Counted from the first letter of the stretch, positions 10,746-20,369 are shown. The stretch: DNA of 64,000 nucleotides from Candidatus Berkelbacteria bacterium RIFCSPLOWO2_01_FULL_50_28 (GCA_001774395.1 MEZX01000002.1:160753-224752); one strand, 5' to 3'. Numbers and translations: made by a program. Notes: a model not told the origin generated them from the letters alone.

Positions 10746-11687
10746 ATGTCCAGATTTTTGCCGTATGAGCTCATTGAGCGGCGTTTCCGGACATCACCGG
10801 AAATGCTGCAAGAATTAGCTGACCGGGTCATGACCCACCCACCGTTCCGAGATGGAACCGCTGTAGTCTTCGGTTCTGTTGCTTGGGGAACACAAACCTG
10901 GCGTAGCGATCTAGATATTGCCATCAACAGCCCGGAGGACGGCCGTGGTTCATTAAGGTATCACTACCCGTATGACTACCACGATGCTTCGGAAGCAGTG
11001 AGAGTGGAAGTCGAAAACGTTTTTAGCCAGAGTCGTGGAAACGTTATCCAGTTCCTCCTTGTTGAAGTGCTTGGGAGCCAAATGGGAGTTGGTAACTATG
11101 ACCATCCGAGAATTTCGCCGTCAACATCTGACCATTTCAAACTATTGGCGAAGGTAAAAGGTGGTCCGTGGTCGAAGTTTAACCGCCGTATCAAGCTGAT
11201 CGGGCGGCGTGATCGAAAGGACGATGTCGTTAAGTACGCTGGCACTATTGCCCGGGTTGCCACCGGCTTCTTTCAGGATGTAAAGGAGGGGCATCGGGTT
11301 AACGTCTTTGACGCTCGCTCGCTTCAGGCCCTGGAAAACTTCCCGAAACAGCTAACAAGGAAACTCCTTGGTCTGTATGAGGCATTGCCGTGCCCAGACA
11401 CGTTCGACAACATCATGCAGACTCTCTCCGAGACGAAGCAAGGTTGGGCACGTCAGCTGTTAGAGCTCTATCAACCGTTCTTTGATATCCACAACTCGTA
11501 CACGAAACTAGTTGATGACATCTTCGACGGCTCAGTAGTGCTCGATGAAGCTGAGTACAACCGGCGATTGGTAAACTACCTCCGACCTATGCCCTTCGCG
11601 CAAGTGGGAGTAACCCTAGGAGAGCTATTCCCTGACTGTTCGTACTGGAAACGAGGCGTCGACCAGCTTCGGTACACCAGGACTTGA
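10746..11687 (+). CDS. Pol-beta superfamily nucleotidyltransferase domain protein
   Basis: VFGSVAWG...RSDLDIA (hGS-x9-13-DhD motif) with a helical C-terminal region. Confidence 0.75.
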   Translation: MSRFLPYELIERRFRTSPEMLQELADRVMTHPPFRDGTAVVFGSVAWGTQTWRSDLDIAINSPEDGRGSLRYHYPYDYHDASEAVRVEVENVFSQSRGNVIQFLLVEVLGSQMGVGNYDHPRISPSTSDHFKLLAKVKGGPWSKFNRRIKLIGRRDRKDDVVKYAGTIARVATGFFQDVKEGHRVNVFDARSLQALENFPKQLTRKLLGLYEALPCPDTFDNIMQTLSETKQGWARQLLELYQPFFDIHNSYTKLVDDIFDGSVVLDEAEYNRRLVNYLRPMPFAQVGVTLGELFPDCSYWKRGVDQLRYTRT

Positions 11688-12046
11688 TACGAACGACTAT
11701 GGCCTGTCTGAGAATGACAGGCTCTTTTTAACTTCCCGCCAAAAGAAAAAGAGCCTAACGGCCTTTTTCATACCCCAGACCACTTGACTCTGTCTTCTTG
11801 GTCTGGTAACATGTTGCTGATCGGTACTGGAGGACAGAATGGACCGTTGCCCAAAATGTGGAAAGTTGCTTTGTGATCACACGCCGGCTGAGCGGGGGCA
11901 GACCTCCGAACAGCTCGACGCGCAGATGGAACAAAACCAGCGAGAGCTGGAAGAGCGACAAGCGCCACCCACCAAGGACGACTAGTCCTGGACAACAGGC
12001 GGCCGAGCGATCGGCCGCCTGTAACTTATATTAGTTATGCACTAAC

Positions 12047-13111
12047 ATGGGAGGGCAAATGGAAGAAACGCCAGACCCAATTACCCACGGTACAACAACA
12101 GCCGAAACCCAAGTTCCCGAGTATTTTCGGGCTCCGCTCAAAAATTCTAGTCCGCCCAAAATAGATGTGCCCCCCGTCGTTGATACTGTCGATGTTGTTG
12201 ACATCAATGAAGTGAGCCCTGCGGAACGACTCAAGTATTTTCAGCCTTTGATTGAAGCCGCACTAACTAAGTGCGAACAGGTAGTACAAGAGATGAAAGA
12301 AGCTCATGAGCGAGGTGAAACCTTCGACGGAGGGAAGATATTTGACGCTCGTTCAGAACTGTACGAACTGGCGATGAAAATGTGTGGCTATGAAGCCAGG
12401 AAATCTGACTTGCTGGCAATGCACGATCTGATCCGTCCTCAACGCGGTGAGGTTTCTGTTGACCTGTCCGCCGGCACGGGGTTTCTTACACAGGCCGTAG
12501 AATATTGGACGGGAGCGCGGACTTACGCTGTCGATCCAAGTGAAATTCAACTCCAACACCTAGTTCAGAACTGTGGAGACCAGGTAACGGCGGTCCATGC
12601 TGCTCCGAACGAAACGGACAAGATATTTGCCGACGGAAATATTCCTCATGAAGGAGTAGATGTTGTCACCAGTTTTGGTGGGTGGCATCACGTGGATAAA
12701 GAAAAATTGCCAGAGGCGATGCAAAACGTTGCCGATATGTTGAAGCCAAAAGGACGATTTGTGGTCGGTGATGTGGGGGCAGAAACACCTCTACAGCGAC
12801 ATTTTGATGAAATCGTAACTGACAAATGCTTGACGGGACACGAAATGGGTCAGTTCATGAGCCCGGAGAAGTTGAAAGAACTTGCGGAAAGCGCGGGCCT
12901 GGAATTGGTCAGTGCCGAGATGAAGCCACTGACTTGGGATTTTAATTCAGAAGAAGAAATGGCCTGGTTTTTCAAGGGTCTGCACGCCTATCCCCAGCCG
13001 GTGGAAGAGATTATTCAGGATTTACGCGACACGCTTGGAGTTAAAGAAGAAGACGGCAAATTCAAACTCAACTGGCCAATGCTCTTCTGGGAAATTCGCA
13101 AACCAGAATAA
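12047..13111 (+). CDS. Class I SAM-dependent methyltransferase
   Basis: VDLSAGTGFL, AVDPS, DVVTSFGGWHH, LKPKGRFVVGD. Confidence 0.85.
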   Translation: MGGQMEETPDPITHGTTTAETQVPEYFRAPLKNSSPPKIDVPPVVDTVDVVDINEVSPAERLKYFQPLIEAALTKCEQVVQEMKEAHERGETFDGGKIFDARSELYELAMKMCGYEARKSDLLAMHDLIRPQRGEVSVDLSAGTGFLTQAVEYWTGARTYAVDPSEIQLQHLVQNCGDQVTAVHAAPNETDKIFADGNIPHEGVDVVTSFGGWHHVDKEKLPEAMQNVADMLKPKGRFVVGDVGAETPLQRHFDEIVTDKCLTGHEMGQFMSPEKLKELAESAGLELVSAEMKPLTWDFNSEEEMAWFFKGLHAYPQPVEEIIQDLRDTLGVKEEDGKFKLNWPMLFWEIRKPE

Positions 13112-13134
13112 CTTCCTGCCAGAAGAAAACAGCT

Positions 13135-13899
13135 TTACTTCGTTGTGAGCGTATTCCAGACACCTTTGCAGAATTCGCGTAAGTTATGAGCCATCAACGG
13201 GTCGTGAATTTCAATCAGGTAGTGCGGCGAGCGATTGGTAACGACCATAATAACGTAGTCGCCAACAATCCAAGTGGTAGCGGTGAATTGTTTTACTGAA
13301 GCCCATGGGCGAATCTCTCGTTGTGGGTGCTGGGTAACTACCTTCTCAATGTCGGCTTCATTCGAAAGAAGTTTTGCATATACTTCCTTTGCTGAGGGCT
13401 GTTTCCAAAATACCTCGATCCAATCGAGATAGTTTTCTACAAAAGTAGGGTCCTGGTAGCCCCACCATGTACTATCGACAGTCTTAGCGCTTTCGTTCCA
13501 CGTTGGCGTTTGTTGGAAGAAGAAGCGCGAGATGTCTTCTTGGGTGATGAACTGAATTTTGGGGACTGGGTATTGGGTGGAGCCGGCTTCTTTATTCAGG
13601 GCCTCAATCAGTGGCTGGAGAAGCTTCTTTCTTTCCTCGACTTGGCGAAGTTGGTTGTCGAGGATGGTCGTGAGATTCTTTGGTGCAATTGCAGTTAAGC
13701 GAGCAACCTTTTGGCTTAAATCCTCGGCAATGAGGCCGCGTGTAACTAGTTCCTTGGCAGCGGAGTAGACAGTAGTCCGTTTTATGCCGGATAGATTAGC
13801 TACTTCGGTGTGGGAGACGATCCCTGCTTTCAACACCGTCAAGTAAACTTCGGCCTCAGTGTCGTTGATGCCGAGTATCTTGAGCTGTTCGTTGTTCAT
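13135..13899 (-). CDS. TrmB-family transcriptional regulator (CPR type)
   Basis: LGINDTEAEVYL...SGIKRTTVY....L..RGLI N-terminal wHTH; PLD-like effector region. Confidence 0.85.
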   Translation of the reverse strand: MNNEQLKILGINDTEAEVYLTVLKAGIVSHTEVANLSGIKRTTVYSAAKELVTRGLIAEDLSQKVARLTAIAPKNLTTILDNQLRQVEERKKLLQPLIEALNKEAGSTQYPVPKIQFITQEDISRFFFQQTPTWNESAKTVDSTWWGYQDPTFVENYLDWIEVFWKQPSAKEVYAKLLSNEADIEKVVTQHPQREIRPWASVKQFTATTWIVGDYVIMVVTNRSPHYLIEIHDPLMAHNLREFCKGVWNTLTTK

Positions 13900-13974
13900 G
13901 GTCTCAGTTTAACTATTTGTCGAAAGATAGTCAACAAAAGTATCAGTCCAGAAAGAAAAACCGTTGATAAAGTG

Positions 13975-14003
13975 TTGACATATACTACGCCTCCTGTTAT
14001 AGT
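13975..14003 (+). promoter_or_regulatory. sigma70-type promoter of the SET/porin pair
   Basis: TTGACA-N17-TATAGT, 10 nt upstream of ATG 14014. Confidence 0.7.
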
Positions 14004-14013
14004 GCCGGTTAGT

Positions 14014-14424
14014 ATGTTCATTTATAAAACATCGCTTAAACCCAGCCCCATCCACGGGTTGGGGGTGTTCGCTTGGAAGGGGATCAGAAAAGGGAGTGTT
14101 GTCTATCAACATCGACCCGAACTGGACCAAATCTTCAGCGCCAACGAGTTTGCCAACCTAGATCGGCGCGACCAAGCACTGATTCTCCATTACGGCGGAT
14201 TAGATAAGCGGCTAAACCGCTATCGCTTGCCGTACGACAACCTGCGATTCTTGAACCATTCGGATACGCCGAACCTGGTTTATGTAGTCGCTACCGACCA
14301 GATCGTTGCCCTCCGGGCGATCGCTGCCGGCGAGGAACTTACCCAGAATTATCGCGATTTCGAAGATGGTGTCGAATTTCGAATCGCCAAGTCAGTCAAG
14401 AATCCAAATGAGGAGAAGCAATGA
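14014..14424 (+). CDS. SET-domain protein (lysine methyltransferase family)
   Basis: SPIHGLGVFA...RFLNHSDTPN...ALRAIAAGEELTQNY. Confidence 0.9.
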   Translation: MFIYKTSLKPSPIHGLGVFAWKGIRKGSVVYQHRPELDQIFSANEFANLDRRDQALILHYGGLDKRLNRYRLPYDNLRFLNHSDTPNLVYVVATDQIVALRAIAAGEELTQNYRDFEDGVEFRIAKSVKNPNEEKQ

Positions 14425-15134
14425 AGAATACAACAATATCACTTTTGGTAGCCGTCGTTACGGCGCAGTCGTGGGCTCAGGACAGCCTTCAGGTTTCCTA
14501 CAAATCGGTTCTGAAATCGAGCTACGTCGGTGGTCAGACTGGAATGCGTCTTCACGACGGCCCGGTCACCCAGAATTCGGCCACATTCGCTCGCAAGGGA
14601 ATGTACGCCTACATATGGGTCTGTTCGCCGCTAGACACGCGGTGGAACTCTGACTACGGTAGCGAGATTGACCTCGGCTTCGGTCATGATTTCGCTCTGA
14701 AGAACGGTTGGCGCGTTGATGTGGGTTATGCCTACTACAACGTGATTCCCCTCGAGAACATGCGAGGGGACCTCCACGCGATTAGTGCGCATGTCTACCA
14801 GACTCGGGGTGTAATCAGGTCGTTTGCCAGGCTTGAGCAGGATGTCGCCCAGAATCCTTCGATTCTGCCGGGCGGCTTCACCTACAAGCTAGGTGTGAAT
14901 TGGTCTGCCTCTCCCGAGCTCCGCGCAGAGCTGGCCCTACTTGGTCACGGCCGAGTTTACGGGATTTCGGCGGAGACAGTTAGTGCCGGCACGTGCAGTC
15001 TTACGCTCAACCGAAAACTGAATGGTCTGTCTGTACAGGCTGGGATAACCTTCCAGCGGGCACTGGGCCGTAGCGTCGCTAACGGCGGTGCCGCCCATAA
15101 CGAAACGGTGCTCTGGATCGGTTTCTCTTTCTGA
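14421..15134 (+). CDS. Putative outer-membrane beta-barrel (TorF/Gcw_chp-like porin)
   Basis: Signal peptide; S.YV..G...GPVTQ, EIDLGFG, VDVGYAYY; terminal WIGFSF beta-signal. Confidence 0.7.
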   Translation: MKNTTISLLVAVVTAQSWAQDSLQVSYKSVLKSSYVGGQTGMRLHDGPVTQNSATFARKGMYAYIWVCSPLDTRWNSDYGSEIDLGFGHDFALKNGWRVDVGYAYYNVIPLENMRGDLHAISAHVYQTRGVIRSFARLEQDVAQNPSILPGGFTYKLGVNWSASPELRAELALLGHGRVYGISAETVSAGTCSLTLNRKLNGLSVQAGITFQRALGRSVANGGAAHNETVLWIGFSF

Positions 15135-15155
15135 ATCGCCGAAGTCAATGCAATT

Positions 15156-15185
15156 GCCCGCCTGAAATACGGCGGGCTCTTTTTA
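15156..15185 (+). terminator. Intrinsic terminator
   Basis: GCCCGCC-TGAAATAC-GGCGGGC followed by TCTTTTT. Confidence 0.75.
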
Positions 15186-15307
15186 ATTGCGACGAAAGGT
15201 GATGAAGGAGCAATACGAGCTTGCGACTATTTCCCACCAAAAGAAAACGGTTTTACCTCGCCGTAGCTTGGCGAAGGCGGGCCCCACCAGATTGAATCCC
15301 TATCGGC

Positions 15308-16006
15308 TTGGGTGTAGAATCTACCCATACTGCGATTACTTCGCAGAGGAGACAGCGATTGAGAAACTTCATCCTCGCACTTTTCGTCATTGTATTGGCT
15401 GGTTGCAGTAACGCTCCCGCGCCAAAAACGACCACAACCAAGACGGGCGACCCGGTTTTCGACAAACACATCACCGAACTCGACAAGGATGTCGTGGAAA
15501 TGGGCGAGGCGGCCGAGGAGCTTACCTGGCTCGACCACCACGTTCAGCCGTTGGTCGATCGTCTGATTGAGACTGGCGATCGAATCGAAAACACGAGCGA
15601 CCAAGCTGAGAAGGCCCGGTTGCGCCTCGAATTCGAACAGATCACCGCTGAGCTCGAGGTCAAGGAAAAAGAACGTGCTCAGCTATTTGGCAAGGAAAAG
15701 CCGAAGGCCGGTGCGTTTCGGTTCGACCTGAAGCCTAAGAGCCACTACGGCCACGTGGCTGGAGTTGGCGACGTGAGTGTCACCGAGGAATCGCGGGTCG
15801 ATCACAAGATCGGGGCGTTCCCAAGGTCAAGTTTCGGCTACATTAGCACCGAGTGGCACTTGACCTCAAGGATCATTAACCTCGACAGGACGTGCTCGAC
15901 AACCATGACACCCAAAGGAGTCGTTCATGTGCGGCGAGCTCTAGGCTGCAATCGGGTGATGTCTAAGGCCGACAAGCTACCAAAGCAAAGTCGGTCGAGG
16001 GGCTGA
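15308..16006 (+). CDS. Hypothetical lipoprotein with coiled-coil (true start probably the TTG near 15359)
   Basis: Lipobox LAGC; GAGGAG upstream of TTG AGA AAC. Confidence 0.65.
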   Translation: MGVESTHTAITSQRRQRLRNFILALFVIVLAGCSNAPAPKTTTTKTGDPVFDKHITELDKDVVEMGEAAEELTWLDHHVQPLVDRLIETGDRIENTSDQAEKARLRLEFEQITAELEVKEKERAQLFGKEKPKAGAFRFDLKPKSHYGHVAGVGDVSVTEESRVDHKIGAFPRSSFGYISTEWHLTSRIINLDRTCSTTMTPKGVVHVRRALGCNRVMSKADKLPKQSRSRG

Positions 16007-16007
16007 G

Positions 16008-16214
16008 GTGGACACGATCTACACCCTTGTTTGGGCCTTGATACTGCTGGGAGCGTACGCCCAAGCGAGAAACGAGCGGGCCAAACGCGCCGAGGAGGAG
16101 CTTGAGAAATCCGAGGGACTATTCTCGGAATTCAATATCGTTCGGGATCCGGATGCTCCCGAGTACAACCTGGCGGAACTACGAGAATTCCACGACCAAA
16201 ATCGCCCGAGCTAG
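16008..16214 (+). CDS. Small membrane-anchored hypothetical protein
   Basis: N-terminal TM helix; directly follows the upstream stop. Confidence 0.5.
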   Translation: MDTIYTLVWALILLGAYAQARNERAKRAEEELEKSEGLFSEFNIVRDPDAPEYNLAELREFHDQNRPS

Positions 16215-16292
16215 TCTCGGGCAATAATTTATTGTAAAAAATGTGGCTCCGCCGTCTGCCAGTGATGACAGAGAGCGAAGCCGTTGGGAGAG

Positions 16293-17087
16293 CTACCGGA
16301 ACGTAACGTAAAGCGCGTCTTCCGGTATGGTGCCAAGCCCGAGTTCGGGTCGGGGCTTGATGTAGCATCGAGTTTTGCCGATCATAAACGTGCTGATGAA
16401 GTACAGGTTGCCGTGGCCGGCAAACTCCGTGACGTCAACGTACACATCGATCGTCGTTCCCGGGGTAATCGGCGATATGCGGACTGGCTTAGGCAGCACG
16501 AGGTCCTTGGACGTCGGAACGGCCATCAGCGGTTCGATCTCAAGAGTCTCGGGCCAAACGACGCTGCCGTCGTTACCTAACCGCCAGCCTTCATAGGTCC
16601 GGCCATCCTGCTTCTTCGTCGGTAGATCCTTGACCCACGTCATTGAGAAGCCTTCGATTCGGGGCGTGCGCCAGAACTTGTAGAGCGCGAAAAGCCGTTT
16701 GTCTTCCTCACCCGAGGACTGCGCCCAGGTTTGGTACAAGGCCTCCAGACGACCGACGCTTGGCCAGCCGTTTTGGCGATAGCCATCGATCTTGTACAGA
16801 GCCTGGAGGAACTGCGCTCCGCGACTCCCGACCAGCTTGGTCAAGCCGTCGGTCTTGCCGGCGGCAAGCCCTTGAAAGAGCGCTAGCCTCTGGGCGGGTG
16901 TGAGCAATTGGATCTGACCCAAATAGCTCGGAGCTTCAGCCAAAAAGTCGAACGGTTTCTCGCTCTGAGCTTTCGGCTGCCCTTGCGATGAACCAGTCGC
17001 TTGGCTAGATGTGTTGGGAGTTTGGCAGCTGATAACCACCGCCAGCGCTACCAGAAATGTGGCAGTAAGCATTTTGGAAATGAACAT
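16293..17087 (-). CDS. Hypothetical lipoprotein
   Basis: GGAGG SD before MFISKMLTATFLVALAVVISC (lipobox-like). Confidence 0.7.
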   Translation of the reverse strand: MFISKMLTATFLVALAVVISCQTPNTSSQATGSSQGQPKAQSEKPFDFLAEAPSYLGQIQLLTPAQRLALFQGLAAGKTDGLTKLVGSRGAQFLQALYKIDGYRQNGWPSVGRLEALYQTWAQSSGEEDKRLFALYKFWRTPRIEGFSMTWVKDLPTKKQDGRTYEGWRLGNDGSVVWPETLEIEPLMAVPTSKDLVLPKPVRISPITPGTTIDVYVDVTEFAGHGNLYFISTFMIGKTRCYIKPRPELGLGTIPEDALYVTFR

Positions 17088-17214
17088 GAATCCTCCGTTG
17101 CCAAGATTGGCAGAGAAATTGTACCAAGTAGTTGCCAGAAGATCAACCTGCTGGGTAACAAAAAAGCGACCCCTCCCCGTCTGGGAAGGAGCCGCGGTTA
17201 CCGCCGAAGGGCGG

Positions 17215-18669
17215 TTATGGGGCGAAGGCGATGTCCAGCCGGAGCTGGGTCTGGCCTCTGGAATGACCGGAGAGGAACTGACCGAGCCGGATCGATAAGG
17301 TCGTAGCACGACCTTTGATGTTGAGGATCGGACCGAGGAGGAACGTCGGCTTGTTGCCATCGCTGGCAAATGCCGCGCCGCCCAGCCCGTAGCTGAAGCT
17401 CTTGCCGGCACTCCAGGTCAGCCGGATGTTCGGAGCGAGGAAGCCGTTGTGCCCCTTCGCGTCCCGGGTAAAGTACACCGGGCCGGTCAAGGTTGCATTA
17501 CCAAGCTTGATCGCCGCGAATCCGCTGACACCGTAGCTGGTCAACTTGCCCGTGCCCGAGCAATCGGCGAACGGTCCGAGCGTCAGACTGCCGTTTAGCA
17601 ACTTCAGCTTGGTCACGTCCACTGCCAACTCGTAGACGGGGTGAGCTGACGAATAGCCGTAGATCGCGGCGTTTACACCTCCCTTGAACGTCAGGAACAG
17701 GTTTTCGGTGGCTGGCCCACCAACACTCAGATTCCGGCTGTAGTTGAGCTTCACGCGTTGGAGCACAAAGTTGTCGCCCGAGGCGTAAGCTTTGACCTGG
17801 CCAGCCATGACCATCAGCGTTCCGACGAGCGAAACGTAGACGGCCTGCTTGGCGTAGCCGAAGCGAACTCCGAAGCCGGCGTGACGCCAGCTCCCACCCC
17901 AGATGACCTTGAGCATTGCCCAGACCGTCTGCAGTGGTGAAACGGCGTCGAACCGACCCCGGCTGATAAGCTCCAGCACGTGTGTGCGCTTGGCTTCCCA
18001 GTCGATGCTGGTGTCTTCGTCTTCTCGGTAGCCGAGCTGGCGGATCTTGTCCATGAGCGAGCAGCTCTCGTGTGGCTTGTAGACTCCGAGGCCCACTCCC
18101 CAACACAGGCTAGCACCGACAAGCTCGAGCCATTCGGCACGAAACATAACTAGAAGCTGTCGGGGCGTGCGAGCCATCATTGCCAATCGCATCGCCAAGA
18201 TGAGAAAGGCGAGCGGGATGAACATGCACCCGATGACCAGTAAGCTGCCGATCGCTGCCCAGTCCATCCCGAGTGAGCCGTAACGTTGCTCCTGCTCTCT
18301 GGTGAGGTAGGCTGAAAGCCCGCCCATCACCGAACCGGGGATCTTGGTGATCGCGGCCAGCTGGGGTACGGAATCGTTGATGCCAACGGCGTGATCCATC
18401 CGCATTTCGATATCGCGGATGTCCAGAACGGTCTTGGCGTACTGCTCGCCGGTGAGCTCGCCCTTGGCCAGAGCGGCCGTGGCGATCTTGTTGATGCGCG
18501 CTGTGCCCTCCGGGGTGGAGAGCTGTTTCGCGACGTTGGCCGCTTCTCGCTCCTGATAATAGTTGTACCAACCCTTCAAGGGGAGGGCGGTTACGACGAA
18601 TGTGGCCACAATGAGCCACAGTAGCGCCGCGTAAACGGGGCGCTTCAACATACCTTCTGAACATTTCAT
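17215..18669 (-). CDS. Membrane protein with N-terminal TM helices and C-terminal beta-barrel-like domain
   Basis: AGGAG SD; TM segments; internal signal-like segment (...VMAGQVKA) then alternating beta-strands ending QLRLDIAFAP. Confidence 0.65.
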   Translation of the reverse strand: MKCSEGMLKRPVYAALLWLIVATFVVTALPLKGWYNYYQEREAANVAKQLSTPEGTARINKIATAALAKGELTGEQYAKTVLDIRDIEMRMDHAVGINDSVPQLAAITKIPGSVMGGLSAYLTREQEQRYGSLGMDWAAIGSLLVIGCMFIPLAFLILAMRLAMMARTPRQLLVMFRAEWLELVGASLCWGVGLGVYKPHESCSLMDKIRQLGYREDEDTSIDWEAKRTHVLELISRGRFDAVSPLQTVWAMLKVIWGGSWRHAGFGVRFGYAKQAVYVSLVGTLMVMAGQVKAYASGDNFVLQRVKLNYSRNLSVGGPATENLFLTFKGGVNAAIYGYSSAHPVYELAVDVTKLKLLNGSLTLGPFADCSGTGKLTSYGVSGFAAIKLGNATLTGPVYFTRDAKGHNGFLAPNIRLTWSAGKSFSYGLGGAAFASDGNKPTFLLGPILNIKGRATTLSIRLGQFLSGHSRGQTQLRLDIAFAP

Positions 18670-18899
18670 GGTTTGCGTTCTCCTAAACTGAGAGGTTCGT
18701 GACTGAGCGGCAGGCCACTCAGTAGTCGGCGATAAACGCCTCCTAAAGCTTGCGACTTTGTCGCTCGCTATCGATGCGGGCATTGTAACAGTTAACGGGG
18801 GAAAGTCAAGATGTTAGGGGGTCTTTACAAATCTTGCGGTTAAAGAAGTGCGGCTTCGCCGATCTGCCACTTCTGACAGGGGGCGAGGCCGCAATGTGT

Positions 18900-19417
18900 G
18901 GTTTGGACGATCGGCTACCAGACTGCTGGCGGCGGCTGGTCGTCGGGTCGGTCCGATTGGGATGGTAGTTTGGACGCTGCCTCGGGGGTGTCGTCGTCGC
19001 CTAGGAAAAATTCGGTGATGAAAACTTGGTCCGAGCGCAAGCCGTAGACCAGGTGGCTGATGCCTTCAAGGATAACGCCGCTGATCTCGCTCCACTAGAC
19101 AGCTGGCGAGAACCCGATCCCGGGTAAGGTTCGATCCGGAGGTACTCTACGCCAGGCACGGTAGGTAACCACTTTACCAAACCCTGAGTGACGTCCATAG
19201 GACGACGACATGCATCGGGCGGATAAGCGATCCCGTCGCCTGGGCCTTCAACATCTAACGCCTGAACGTTGCTGATCATAGTGTTGACACAGCACTCGGC
19301 GTAGAACGGCACACCCGTCCGGAAGATCACTCTGATGCGTGGCGGGAGAATGACCACAGAGATTCTCAAGGTCGAACTTTCGCCCTGATCGCTGACGGAT
19401 TTGCTTCTTCGACTCAT
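18900..19417 (-). pseudogene. Frameshifted Nfu/NifU N-terminal (scaffold)-like gene
   Basis: AGGAGG SD; '...LVKWLPTVPGVEYLRIEPY' continues in another frame as 'IGFSPAV*WSEISGVILEGISH' (TAG at 19095-97); 3' end approximate. Confidence 0.5.
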
Positions 19418-19856
19418 CTCTGACCTCCTATGTGCACGGCCCGTTGGCCTCGCGGTCAGTATTGTCAAAGTAACTACTCTCGTCAAGAAAATGGGTCTCG
19501 CATGCGAGGCTTTGGCGTGATATTATCGAATTGCCTGTATGGGTACTCTTGGGAGGACTAATGCCTATGAATGTGCATCGGTTCCGCTGTTAGGGTCCGG
19601 ATTCCTCGGTGTTGCAGGGCAATCGCTCTGCGACGATACGTTCAGAGCGGCGGGTTGAAGGGATGCCCTCACCCGCCGCCGTACTTTTTCTGGGGGCTTA
19701 AATGGCAGGAAACTACGAATCTACACCGACAAAACGAAAGATGATGGCGGTGGGGATTCTTCTCTTTGTCGCCTTGGTCGTATTCGCTCGCGCGATGTCC
19801 GGCTAAGGCCTGATCCAAGCCTTGAGATGGCGGCCCGTGAAACGGCCGCCACATTT

Positions 19857-20369
19857 TTAGGCCGCCGAAACGTTTTCGAGGACGGCAACTTGGTCAAACG
19901 TTGGCGTATTAACGCTGTCTTTGAACACGACGTTCTCCGGAGTGATAGCGACGAGAAATTGTCGCGGTATCAGCCGTTCATTGAACAGTTTTCGGAGCGC
20001 AAAACGGACAATTATGCCGGAGCTTGAATCGAATATAACGTCACACACCCGGCCGAGCGGCGCGCCCGACTCGGTCCTGGCATTCACCCCTAGTACCGGA
20101 CCAGTGCGGTGTCCAATTTCTTCCAGCTCTTTTTGGGGCTCTTGGAGCGCTGTTTCGCCGTCAACAAACGCTGCGCGTCGGTCGAGCGAGAGGATGTCGG
20201 TATAAAGAAGATATTTTTTCTTGCGCGAGGCGATGGATGATCGTTTGCAAACACACGCCACTAAGCCAGCGTGGCGATTATCAAAAACGAGTCGTTGGAC
20301 GCTGCCAAGTAGCGTTCCTCGGCTACTGCGAACGTCTAACCCTAATACTGCGGTCGCCTCAATAACCAT
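19857..20369 (-). CDS. Tandem PRC-barrel domain protein
   Basis: LGLDV....G..LG.V..LVFD and LGVNARTESG..LGRV.DVIFD...G.I..F. Confidence 0.8.
   Translation of the reverse strand: MVIEATAVLGLDVRSSRGTLLGSVQRLVFDNRHAGLVACVCKRSSIASRKKKYLLYTDILSLDRRAAFVDGETALQEPQKELEEIGHRTGPVLGVNARTESGAPLGRVCDVIFDSSSGIIVRFALRKLFNERLIPRQFLVAITPENVVFKDSVNTPTFDQVAVLENVSAA

Larger units (their letters stand above)
9043..15251 (+). repeat. Seven dispersed copies of a ~20-bp direct repeat (consensus TTCCCGCCAAAAGAAAACGGCT) at gene junctions
   Basis: Copies at ~9043, 9718, 10208, 10651, 11729, 13109 and 15229; same orientation, all intergenic. Confidence 0.85.

Noticed and set aside
11755-11995. Small minus-strand ORFs after the 11729 repeat
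   Set aside because: Two overlapping frames with no clear start or motif; possibly a decayed gene but not supportable.
9043-15251. CRISPR array or classical integron
   Set aside because: Spacing is 0.45-2.1 kb and gene-sized; repeats are not palindromic and lack attC core sites; no cas or intI gene seen.
19500-19850. Possible gene between the pseudogene and the PRC-barrel gene
   Set aside because: Only short interrupted frames with no recognisable product.
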